A stretch of 42,025 nt of DNA from a virus. Its lineage: Duplodnaviria > Caudoviricetes. Location: positions 1-42,025 of IMG/VR virus record IMGVR_UViG_3300012267_000011; one strand, given 5' to 3'. The position numbers and the translations under genes were made by a program. A model generated the notes under the pieces. The model was not told where the DNA came from. It worked only from the letters and a program-made list of their open reading frames with translations, and made no database searches. Positions 19,109 to 27,878 of the stretch are shown in pieces. Positions within the stretch are counted from its first letter, which is position 1, and the number at the start of each line of letters is the position of its first letter.

Positions 19109-19795
19109 ATGCGTAGAAAAGGTTTATTTATAGTACTCGAAGGGATTGACAATATAGGGAAAACTGCGACCCGTGATATGTTAGTATCACGGTTTCAGAT
19201 GGAAGATATACCTGTTGAGGGTATTGAGTTTCCTTATAAGGGGTTCCATAACCTTCGAAAGATATCAAAGGACAAAAATTCAACTCACTACGAACGGCTA
19301 TTAGCCCATGCGTTGTCTCATTCGATGACGTACCCTATCATTGACAAGCACATAAATGAAGGTAAAGTGGTTATACTGGACCGTTACTGGTACAGTAATT
19401 TAGCTTATGCCCCTACGTTTGCTGGGATACCCTACGATTATATACGTGACCTCGAAGGGACAAAGCTACAGCCCATCACCCCAGACTTAGTTGTTTATCT
19501 CCACTCTGATGGTATTTATCCTACGTTCCATGATAGGGAAAAAATTACTTCAGACAAAGACGATGCCTTTGATTCAGCAGACACCCAACTTCGAAGCCAA
19601 TTACTCCGAGCTTATGAGCAGGTAGTAGAACGGGAATGGGAAGCGAACGGAAGTTTACATTTTATGACCCATAATGTAGATGATTTTACTACACTGAAAG
19701 ATTCTGTGCTTTGTCTGGAAGGGGGTATTGATGAACTATTTAAACGGAAGATTAATAAGTTACAAACTCAGCACCGTAAAGGCCTGATTGAATGA
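19109..19795 (+). CDS. tmk: Thymidylate kinase family (probable 5-hmdUMP/dTMP kinase)
   Basis: FIVLEGIDNIGKT P-loop, EFP, ILDRYWYSNLAY, PDLVVYL. Confidence 0.85.
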   Translation: MRRKGLFIVLEGIDNIGKTATRDMLVSRFQMEDIPVEGIEFPYKGFHNLRKISKDKNSTHYERLLAHALSHSMTYPIIDKHINEGKVVILDRYWYSNLAYAPTFAGIPYDYIRDLEGTKLQPITPDLVVYLHSDGIYPTFHDREKITSDKDDAFDSADTQLRSQLLRAYEQVVEREWEANGSLHFMTHNVDDFTTLKDSVLCLEGGIDELFKRKINKLQTQHRKGLIE

Positions 19796-21435
19796 ACATA
19801 GTTAACGAAGGGAAATGGTGTCGAGTTGAACATGCCTCCCGAGAAGAAATAGAGTCTATTGCCAAATGTCTCACCTTTTTTGAAGATGAGGATGTTTATG
19901 ATATAGACATAGATTTGGATGAGGAGTTGGAGCTTACATGGGAGGACAAGTTAGATCACTTTGTCTTCCTTCAGCAAGTGAATGGTAAATTTAAGTTTTT
20001 GTCTGGGTTGTTGCCTTATTTTAAGGATCACTATAGTGGTCAGTTTACGGTTCAGACTGAATATACTGCTCCTGTAAGGTGGAAAGTAGAAATACCTGAA
20101 GACTATTTAGACGGGATTACATTTCGAGGGTATCAGAAGCACGCAGTAGAGAAGTCGTTATATTTTCGCAAGGGTATCCTCCACATACCAACCCGAGGAG
20201 GTAAGACGGAAGTGATGATAGGGATAGCAAAATACTATCTGGAAAATATAAATCCTTCTGGTAAAATTTTGTTTGTTGAACCTGATGGTCACCTAATGGG
20301 CCAGACCTATAAACGGTGTCTCAAAAGAGGCTTAAAAGATGTAGGTAGGCTTGGGGACGGTCATCGAGAGTTGGACCACTCAGTGCTTATTTGTATAGTT
20401 AACAGCCTATATAATATTGTCAAAGACCCAAGCCATAAAGACTTTAATGCGATACAAGAGACTACAGCTATAATTGTTGATGAAGTTCATCACTTGGGGT
20501 CTCCATCTATGGCACAAGCTCCTATAGTCATTCCAGATATTGAACTGTTCATTGGAGTAAGTGGTAGTCCGTTCAATGACGAAGCGGACCCACATACTAA
20601 TCCAAGAGATGTGGCTATCATTGGTTTGTTGCACCAAGTGATCATGAAGGTGTCCCCAAGATACCTGATGAACAAAGGGTATATAGGGGAGCCACATGTA
20701 TTTATTATGGGGTATGGGGGTGGGGGTTACCCAAGGTACTTTGTAAAGAACTATAACAAAGTTTACAATAAGTTCTTGTTATGGCATTCAGGCCGTAACG
20801 CTATGATAACGCAAATAGCAGAACTGTTTAACGATTATGAATTCAACTTACTAATTTTAGTCACACGAATAGACCATGGAAAGTTTCTTCTTAAGCGAAT
20901 TAATTCATTTTCTCCTAACGCACTCTTCGCATTCGGAGGGGGTAATGTTATTAGACATTATGGGGGTGTACTCCCAGATGATCTTTCCGATGATGAATGG
21001 GATTGGTATGCGGATAAAGAGGATAAGAAAAAAGGCAATAAATATATTGGACTTAAAGGGGATCAGGGAAAACTCATTGATGAACATTTTGAAGGAGACG
21101 AACCCAACATATTGATAGGGAGTACCGTCTTTGATGAAGGGGTTGACCTCCCAACGGTGGATGCCTTGATTATAGCTGGTGGGCAGGGCCGTTCTGATGT
21201 AAAGAACATTCAACGTCCTGCCAGAGCATTAACCCGAAATGACGGTCGAAACTATGTGTATATCATAGATTTTTGGGACGACAGGCATAAATATTTAAAG
21301 AAACATTCTAAACTCAGAATAGATGCCTATAAGAAAAACCAGTACTACATCCACACAGGGGGTGTGGATGAACTTGAAGAGAGTATAAAGGAAACAGTTA
21401 GAATTGAAAATGAAATTAGGAAAGGAAAGAAGTAG
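19792..21435 (+). CDS. uvsW: SF2 DNA helicase, UvsW-like
   Basis: YQ Q-motif, PTRGGKT, IVDEVHH, GVSGSP, FDEGVDLP, IQRPARAL. Confidence 0.85.
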   Translation: MNIVNEGKWCRVEHASREEIESIAKCLTFFEDEDVYDIDIDLDEELELTWEDKLDHFVFLQQVNGKFKFLSGLLPYFKDHYSGQFTVQTEYTAPVRWKVEIPEDYLDGITFRGYQKHAVEKSLYFRKGILHIPTRGGKTEVMIGIAKYYLENINPSGKILFVEPDGHLMGQTYKRCLKRGLKDVGRLGDGHRELDHSVLICIVNSLYNIVKDPSHKDFNAIQETTAIIVDEVHHLGSPSMAQAPIVIPDIELFIGVSGSPFNDEADPHTNPRDVAIIGLLHQVIMKVSPRYLMNKGYIGEPHVFIMGYGGGGYPRYFVKNYNKVYNKFLLWHSGRNAMITQIAELFNDYEFNLLILVTRIDHGKFLLKRINSFSPNALFAFGGGNVIRHYGGVLPDDLSDDEWDWYADKEDKKKGNKYIGLKGDQGKLIDEHFEGDEPNILIGSTVFDEGVDLPTVDALIIAGGQGRSDVKNIQRPARALTRNDGRNYVYIIDFWDDRHKYLKKHSKLRIDAYKKNQYYIHTGGVDELEESIKETVRIENEIRKGKK

Positions 21436-22764
21436 ATGTCAGAAGACGAACAAAAGCAAAAAATGCAGTTTGATTATTCGTTTGATTTTCAGAAAAAGAT
21501 TTTAGCTTTATTAGTGAGGGACTTTAAGTTCCTAACAGAGTACGGTTACAATATTATAAACCCAAAATATTTTGACTCGTTCTATCACCAGTTTATCTGT
21601 AAAAACATTATTAAATATTTTACGGAGCATGGTGAAGCACCTGACCAAGTAAATCTTGAGTCTTTGGTAGTGGACTCAGCAAAGAAAACTCGTACGGATG
21701 ATGAAGCTCTGAACAATATGTTGGATGAGATTTATGAGATATTCAACATGGAGTTGAACAGTATGGGATTTGTTAAGGATAAAGTCCTGAAGTTCGTGAA
21801 ACGGCAGAACCTCATACGTGGTCTTGACCAATTGGGTGGCCTACTGGATTCAGATGATGACTATGACAAGGCTGTATCAATAATTGAGAAGGCCGTTCAC
21901 GTAGGTCATTCAAATGACTTAGGGATGAATTTTGCTAAGAGCTACAAAGAACTGCCTAAACTTTACGGGGAAGAATATGGTATCGGGAACCTTGTGAAGT
22001 CAGGCCTTCCGACGTTGGATCGGTTCATGGGTGGAGGGTTCTACAATGACTTTCTTTACGTTATCTCAGGGCCTCCTGGACGGGGGAAAACTTCTTTGAT
22101 GTCAGCGATGGCTGCTAATTGTATGATACGTGGTAACGGGGTGTTTTATTATACATTCGAGGTTCCTGCAGTGGAAATTATGTTTAAGGTTATCTGTGCG
22201 ATTACTAAACTGAGCCACGATGAAGTCATTAGTGGCGAGGATAGTTTATTTGAAGATAAGATCAAAATATTTGACAAGTATTCCAAGCAACTGCAGATCA
22301 AAAAATATGGAGGTAGAACAATAAGCACCCATGGAATTCGGAGCCACCTCTCCAGAACCCGAACGGTCGAAGGGATAAAACCATCTATCATATTTGTAGA
22401 CTATGCGGATTATATACTCCCGACTTCAGGGGAATCTGATTCATCCTATTATGATCGAGGAAACACCTACCAAGACCTTCTAAACCTTGCCGAAGAGTAC
22501 AACTGCCCTGTGGTCACAGCAAGCCAACCTAAAGTGGCTGCTTGGGAGAAAGACACTATTGAAGAGGCTGACCTTGCCGAGAGTAGTAAGAAGGCTCAGT
22601 TAGCCAGAGGGATCATTACAATAAACCAAACTGCAGCTGAGGAAGAGGAAAATTATATGAGGCTTTATACGGCCAAAATGTCTAAAGGAGTGAAGAGCAG
22701 ATCAGTAAAAATAAGTGTTGACTTAGGTAGGTGTCAGTTCAGAGAATTGAAGCAGGTAAATTAA
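21436..22764 (+). CDS. dnaB: Replicative DnaB-like helicase
   Basis: SGLPTLD, GPPGRGKT, TFE, FVDYAD, VTASQ, LAES. Confidence 0.9.
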   Translation: MSEDEQKQKMQFDYSFDFQKKILALLVRDFKFLTEYGYNIINPKYFDSFYHQFICKNIIKYFTEHGEAPDQVNLESLVVDSAKKTRTDDEALNNMLDEIYEIFNMELNSMGFVKDKVLKFVKRQNLIRGLDQLGGLLDSDDDYDKAVSIIEKAVHVGHSNDLGMNFAKSYKELPKLYGEEYGIGNLVKSGLPTLDRFMGGGFYNDFLYVISGPPGRGKTSLMSAMAANCMIRGNGVFYYTFEVPAVEIMFKVICAITKLSHDEVISGEDSLFEDKIKIFDKYSKQLQIKKYGGRTISTHGIRSHLSRTRTVEGIKPSIIFVDYADYILPTSGESDSSYYDRGNTYQDLLNLAEEYNCPVVTASQPKVAAWEKDTIEEADLAESSKKAQLARGIITINQTAAEEEENYMRLYTAKMSKGVKSRSVKISVDLGRCQFRELKQVN

Positions 22765-22789
22765 AGTAAAGAAATTTTTGGAACGGTCA
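22763..22789 (+). promoter_or_regulatory. Phage promoter motif AAAGT-N14-AACGGTCA heading the hypermodification operon
   Basis: AAAGT 22763-22767, AACGGTCA 22782-22789. Confidence 0.75.
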
Positions 22790-22802
22790 ATAACCCAGAA
22801 CG

Positions 22803-23045
22803 ATGAAAACAAATAAACAATCACATATGTCCGTAAGTAACGTAAAGACCACAATGGATACGTTGGATAGACTGGCTAAAGAATCTGGGGATGAAAAGAA
22901 CGGCCTTGAGATATTGGAGGACACAGCTTCTATACTTCTTGATGTATCGACTTCATTTCGTATACTGAAGTTCCACATCAAGTGCAAAATAAAGGCCTTC
23001 TTTCACATTCAGTGGTATAAATTCAAACAACTTTTCACTAACTAA
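22803..23045 (+). CDS. Hypothetical protein
   Basis: 80-aa ORF just downstream of the promoter motif. Confidence 0.5.
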   Translation: MKTNKQSHMSVSNVKTTMDTLDRLAKESGDEKNGLEILEDTASILLDVSTSFRILKFHIKCKIKAFFHIQWYKFKQLFTN

Positions 23046-23047
23046 TT

Positions 23048-23674
23048 ATGTCAAGACTTAACAAATTTGATTCACCATTTAAAGACTTACTCCAAGCTCG
23101 AAAACTAAACCGTTTGGAACGGTATCAGTTGGAAAATACAATCACTTCAAATAATGTGTCTGGACATACCCATTGGGTGTTGATCCTTTCACTGATTATT
23201 AAAGATCAGATTGAACCTTATATTAAGAAAACATACCACAGGTCTATCAGCTATAAAGTATTGGTGGAGATGGCGACGTTTCATGATCTTGGGGAATGTG
23301 TGACAGGGGACATGGACTATATTGCTAAAAAGGCTGGAGTCCTTGACACCAAAGGCGAAGCCGAGTTTATCTGGAATCGGTTTCATTCCAGTGATATTTT
23401 CTCTAAATATTTGGACTCCATCATGGTAGACCAAATAGAAGAGGGTGAGTGGGATTGGGAAAAGAATATTGTAAAATGTGCTGATATGTTAGAGCACCTC
23501 ATATACTGTTACGAGGAACAAGAACTCTTTGGCAACCGTTCAATGTTTGAGCCGTTGACTAAGGGGGTTGAAGTAGTCCGAGATCAGTTTAAAGAAGTCT
23601 ATATGCAAAGTGATATTGTTCAAGAAATTACGGACAGATGTGAACTCGCATTAAAGACAAACCCGTTATCATGA
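23048..23674 (+). CDS. HD-domain 5'-deoxynucleotidase (YfbR-like)
   Basis: LNRLERY, NVSGH, HDLGECVTGD, VKCADMLE. Confidence 0.85.
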   Translation: MSRLNKFDSPFKDLLQARKLNRLERYQLENTITSNNVSGHTHWVLILSLIIKDQIEPYIKKTYHRSISYKVLVEMATFHDLGECVTGDMDYIAKKAGVLDTKGEAEFIWNRFHSSDIFSKYLDSIMVDQIEEGEWDWEKNIVKCADMLEHLIYCYEEQELFGNRSMFEPLTKGVEVVRDQFKEVYMQSDIVQEITDRCELALKTNPLS

Positions 23675-24279
23675 ACCACTCTGATTATGAAAAGTATTTC
23701 ATCCATTTTCTTGGAACCTTCGGTAGCGGTAAGACTACCTTAGCTCGATCAATAGGAAGCCATCTGGGGGTTGAATACAATCCTGGAGAGTTAGTCCATA
23801 GTGACCCAGATGAACGAATACTTTTATTGGGAAAATGTTCCAACAGCGGAGAGTATCATGGTATGGATGGGGCAAGTATCAAACAGATTGAACGGTTTCA
23901 GTTGATAGAAGACCATTGGAATGACCCTCACAAGCTTATCATAGTTGATGGGAGTATGATCATTTACTGGGCATCGTTCTTCGCTAAGTACCAAGATTTG
24001 TCCGATGAACGATTGGTATGGGGTATGTTGTTGAACGTACCAAATGAAGTGATCAGAAAGCGTTTCAAAGAACGTTCGGGAAGGGAATGGTCTGAGAAAC
24101 GAAGTAAGAACGTAGACCAAAAAAGGAATAGCTCGAATACAACATTTAACAAGGCCTTGTCAGTTGACAAGTACCGCATGGAAAGTGTTAAGCACTATAG
24201 CAAAGAACATTTTGATCATATTATTGGGAAGATACAACGGATGACAGGCCTTGATTTAGAAGGTTGCACAATAAAATAA
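23671..24279 (+). CDS. P-loop kinase, probable 5-hmdU DNA kinase (paralogue 1)
   Basis: GTFGSGKTT Walker A, LLGK...GMDG, IIVDG, RFKERS lid; upstream of an amino-acid:DNA transferase. Confidence 0.72.
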   Translation: MNHSDYEKYFIHFLGTFGSGKTTLARSIGSHLGVEYNPGELVHSDPDERILLLGKCSNSGEYHGMDGASIKQIERFQLIEDHWNDPHKLIIVDGSMIIYWASFFAKYQDLSDERLVWGMLLNVPNEVIRKRFKERSGREWSEKRSKNVDQKRNSSNTTFNKALSVDKYRMESVKHYSKEHFDHIIGKIQRMTGLDLEGCTIK

Positions 24280-24882
24280 ATGAAGAAAAAAGTCTTTTTA
24301 CATCTTTTTGGTACTCACGGCAGCGGTAAGACTACTGCTGCAGCATCTATAGGGAAACATTTAGGGGTAGATTTCGATCCTGGAGGTTTGGTCCACTCCA
24401 ACCCAGAAGAAACTTGCCTATTGTTAGGTAAGAAAAGCGGTAAAGGTAAGTATCTTGGTATGGATGGGGCAAAGATCAAACAGATTGAACGGTTTCAGTT
24501 GATAGAAGACCACTGGGATTCTCCGCATGAACTTATAATTGTAGACGGGGCGATGTTGATTACGTGGTCTTCCTTCTTTTCACGATATGTCGAACTACCT
24601 GAGAGCAGATTAGTTTGGGGTGTATGGCTTATGGTACCTAATCGTATAGTTAAAGAACGATTTAAAGACAGATCAGGACGACCATGGACTGAAAAAAGAG
24701 AAAAGAATGTTGACTCCAAACGTAATAGTTCTGTTTATGTGTTCGGTAAAGCCAAAGAAATACCCCAGTATAGAATAGAGCGAATGAAACATTACACAGA
24801 GGAACACTTTCAATTTTTAACCCAAAAGATCACAAGACTCACAGGCCTTGATTTGGATGGGTGTAAATTAACAAATACATAA
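24280..24882 (+). CDS. P-loop kinase, probable 5-hmdU DNA kinase (paralogue 2)
   Basis: GTHGSGKTT; colinear paralogue of the upstream gene (shared IKQIERFQLIEDHW, TGLDLxGC). Confidence 0.72.
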   Translation: MKKKVFLHLFGTHGSGKTTAAASIGKHLGVDFDPGGLVHSNPEETCLLLGKKSGKGKYLGMDGAKIKQIERFQLIEDHWDSPHELIIVDGAMLITWSSFFSRYVELPESRLVWGVWLMVPNRIVKERFKDRSGRPWTEKREKNVDSKRNSSVYVFGKAKEIPQYRIERMKHYTEEHFQFLTQKITRLTGLDLDGCKLTNT

Positions 24883-24883
24883 A

Positions 24884-25843
24884 ATGAATATTGACTATAA
24901 ACAGTTTGACCCTGTTGACGAGATCGGTGGGTATGCACAAGAACTGGTAGACTGGTTGGACTTTGATCCCGATTATGAGCCCATAAATCACTTCGCTAAG
25001 AACGATGCAGACCGTATATGGGTGAGTTACCTATTCGCAAGTTTTGATAGCATTGCGACAGCCTCAGTAGTTTTCCAGCAATTCCCTGAGTGGCCTGACG
25101 ACGAGTATGAAATGGGGGAGATCAATGATTGGTTTTATGATAAGGCTTCTGACCTTTACGTAGGGAAGGAGCGGAAGAGATTGAAATATAATTTCATGGA
25201 CATGCTCCACAGTTTTAACCATCATCGTGGAGACCTTACTCCCAAGGAGTTTCTTGATCAGTTTATGACAGAAGACCCCGAAGAGTCTTATGATGAAATG
25301 GATGACGCTCTGGAAAAGGTGAAGTATCTTGGTCCCTTAACTCGATACGATTTCATGGAACTACTCCAGCGACAAGCTAACTATGATATTATCCCAACGC
25401 ATATGGGGACAATACGTAGTGGTTGTCTTGGCCCTGTAAAAGCCAGCAATATGGTTTTGGAGATGCTGCAACTACCTGTGATTGAAAACCACAAACTATT
25501 GCATGAAAGAGCTTGCGTCTTCAGTGACATTATACAAACCTATAGACCTAACCTTGACCATGCGCTTATAGAGACTACACTTTGTAAGTATCAAAAGTTG
25601 GTGGGGCAACGGTACTATACAGGGGCCGAAATTGATGAAATGCTTGGGGAGATGATTTTATTGGAAAACAGGGGATTTGATATGGGGCCGTTGTTTGAAG
25701 CTCGAGCAAATGTATTTGACCCACAAACATTAACAGAACACCAAACAGATGACAGGGAATTTTTACTCAGTCTAAAGAAATATGGAGGTGAAGAATTTGC
25801 TCCTGTCACAGAATTCAACACCAGATATAGAGGAATTAAATGA
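24884..25843 (+). CDS. Amino-acid:DNA transferase (aGPT-Pplase2/ADDT family)
   Basis: RIWVSYL...T..VVFQQFP, KERK, KYLG..TRYDFMELL (HhH-like), IETTLCKYQK...RYYTG..IDEM. Confidence 0.75.
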   Translation: MNIDYKQFDPVDEIGGYAQELVDWLDFDPDYEPINHFAKNDADRIWVSYLFASFDSIATASVVFQQFPEWPDDEYEMGEINDWFYDKASDLYVGKERKRLKYNFMDMLHSFNHHRGDLTPKEFLDQFMTEDPEESYDEMDDALEKVKYLGPLTRYDFMELLQRQANYDIIPTHMGTIRSGCLGPVKASNMVLEMLQLPVIENHKLLHERACVFSDIIQTYRPNLDHALIETTLCKYQKLVGQRYYTGAEIDEMLGEMILLENRGFDMGPLFEARANVFDPQTLTEHQTDDREFLLSLKKYGGEEFAPVTEFNTRYRGIK

Positions 25844-27078
25844 GAACAGAAGAGATAAAACATATCACAAGACGAGTCCGAAAAAACATCAAAGAGATTC
25901 TTGAGCTCACAGATAAAGATGTTATTCAAGACTATACGGTAAGTGATTTTAAAGAGGTTGTTGTCATAGTTGGTAGTAGTCGGGGAGGTACAAGTTTGTT
26001 CTTTGATACCCTTCGGCACCACCCTGACTTTTCTTCTCCTGATGGGGAACACGGGAAATACTATACACTGAACGATATGATGTATCCGTTCTTAGACAGT
26101 GATTCCCTTCCAGAGGACGCTCCTATACCTGAGGAACTTACTCAATTCATGTTACTGGATGTAGGGAGAACTTCGATTGGGGGCACAGATGAAGAACATT
26201 TTATTGATAATTTCATTAGTCGACTCCCGATGCAGTTCTATTATATGAACTTTGACTATCAGGGCATAAAGGAAGAGTACCTCAGAAAGTCCGCAAACTT
26301 TACGGAAGTAGTTGACAGGGCTGGGATCATGAAAAGGTATTATGATCTTAAGAGCGTAGGGATTGAACCTGACACTGTATTCAATCCGTTGACTGAGTTT
26401 TATATCTCCGAGACTCCGTTTATATTCCCCCATCGGTATAAAAGAAAGTTGGAGGAAAAAGATTTTTCAGAGTCTAAACTTCTTCTTAAGACCAGTGTTG
26501 ATGCTTATAGGATGGGGTGGGTTGATAAATTATTCCCTAACAGTAAAGTAAAGTATATTCATCTCACAAGGAACCCTGCTGCGTCAATGAACGGCCTTAT
26601 CGACGGGTGGTTGACCAATAGGGGGTTCTTTACGTACAAGATACCTGACATGGATATTATGGGGTACCCAAGAAAAGATTTATGGAACTATGACCTGCCA
26701 CCTAACTGGAAGAATTTGTTGACGGAAGATTTAACAACTGTAGTTTGGAGCCAATGGGCTCAGGCCCACCGTCATATCATGGATTATTCAGGACCTAACA
26801 AAGTTCTGAAGGTAAAGTTCGAAGACTTCCTTTATAATCGGGAAGAAACAATCGGAAAAGTTACGGACTATGTTGGTGTAGACGCCAATGCTCCATTGTT
26901 CACAGAGAAAACAAAGGCACTAAACAAAGTAATGACTACGGATGAACCCCGTAAATATCGTTGGAGAGACCGTGGTAAAATGATAATTGAAAACATCAAG
27001 AACCTCGACGAAGGGTTCGTTGAGAAGCTTGGTTACGAAATGAATGAAGGAAATGAAGGATTCCAAGAATGGTACTAA
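25840..27078 (+). CDS. PAPS-dependent sulfotransferase family protein
   Basis: 5'-PSB loop VIVGSSRGGTSL...L..HP; LKT; FP.SK.KYIHLTRNP (3'-PB); VKFEDF; C-terminal RWR...LGY. Confidence 0.82.
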   Translation: MRTEEIKHITRRVRKNIKEILELTDKDVIQDYTVSDFKEVVVIVGSSRGGTSLFFDTLRHHPDFSSPDGEHGKYYTLNDMMYPFLDSDSLPEDAPIPEELTQFMLLDVGRTSIGGTDEEHFIDNFISRLPMQFYYMNFDYQGIKEEYLRKSANFTEVVDRAGIMKRYYDLKSVGIEPDTVFNPLTEFYISETPFIFPHRYKRKLEEKDFSESKLLLKTSVDAYRMGWVDKLFPNSKVKYIHLTRNPAASMNGLIDGWLTNRGFFTYKIPDMDIMGYPRKDLWNYDLPPNWKNLLTEDLTTVVWSQWAQAHRHIMDYSGPNKVLKVKFEDFLYNREETIGKVTDYVGVDANAPLFTEKTKALNKVMTTDEPRKYRWRDRGKMIIENIKNLDEGFVEKLGYEMNEGNEGFQEWY

Positions 27079-27878
27079 ACTACGACAAACCATACGAACT
27101 AAATGAAGCTCTAATTATATTACCCCAAGCCCGTAAAATAAAGATGCCGTTCAAGGTAAACTTTAAAGAACCAGTTGACTTGATCGACGTAGTTATGGAA
27201 TTGGAAAACTATGCGAATATACTCAGTAATTTGGGGGTGAATGTAAAGTTGATGAAGTGTCCTTACAAAAGGTTACCTAACGTGATGTTTGCCAGTGACA
27301 ATGTCCTATCACACGGTGGGATTATTTATTTACCAGCTATGGCAGGGATACGCAAAGAGGAGCCTAAATGGTTATACAGGCGGTTGGAGAATTCTGTTCT
27401 CTTGCCTGAGAGTGTGAACTTTGAAAGTAGTGATCTATTAGTTCTGGATGAAGTGTTGTTGTTAGGAATAAAGAATAGGACATCGACCGCAATAATAGAA
27501 ACCCTCATGGAACTATACCCCAAACGGGAGATAAAGTTCATTGAGGTTCCTGACGGAATTCAACACTTGATGGGAGTTGTCAGGCCACTTGGCCCAGATC
27601 GAGTCATGGTCAGAGAGAAACTCCTCACTCAGACGGATATAGATGTTCTTTCCAGCTGTTATGAAACAGTAGTCAAGATACCTGAAACGAACGAGATAAG
27701 GGAGAAGTTGGCCTTCAATTTTGTCCCGATAAAAGAAAATGAAGTCATCATACCTGACGATGTACCAGCCTTTGAAGAGTTCCTAAACAACTTCAAAGTG
27801 AAGACTCACAAAACAAGTATAACCAATCTGCGTAAGGCTGATGGAGGGTTAGCTTGTGCTACAGGACGGTTAGCATAA
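27069..27878 (+). CDS. Pentein-superfamily amidinotransferase / dimethylargininase / deiminase
   Basis: PNVMFASD, R.EE, FESSD (FEGGD-like), RTS, HL, N, GGLACAT with catalytic Cys. Confidence 0.82.
   Translation: MVLNYDKPYELNEALIILPQARKIKMPFKVNFKEPVDLIDVVMELENYANILSNLGVNVKLMKCPYKRLPNVMFASDNVLSHGGIIYLPAMAGIRKEEPKWLYRRLENSVLLPESVNFESSDLLVLDEVLLLGIKNRTSTAIIETLMELYPKREIKFIEVPDGIQHLMGVVRPLGPDRVMVREKLLTQTDIDVLSSCYETVVKIPETNEIREKLAFNFVPIKENEVIIPDDVPAFEEFLNNFKVKTHKTSITNLRKADGGLACATGRLA

Noticed and set aside
23048-23674. Z-genome (2-aminoadenine) system via a DatZ-like HD enzyme
   Set aside because: No purZ or mazZ in the window; the neighbourhood points to 5hmdU chemistry
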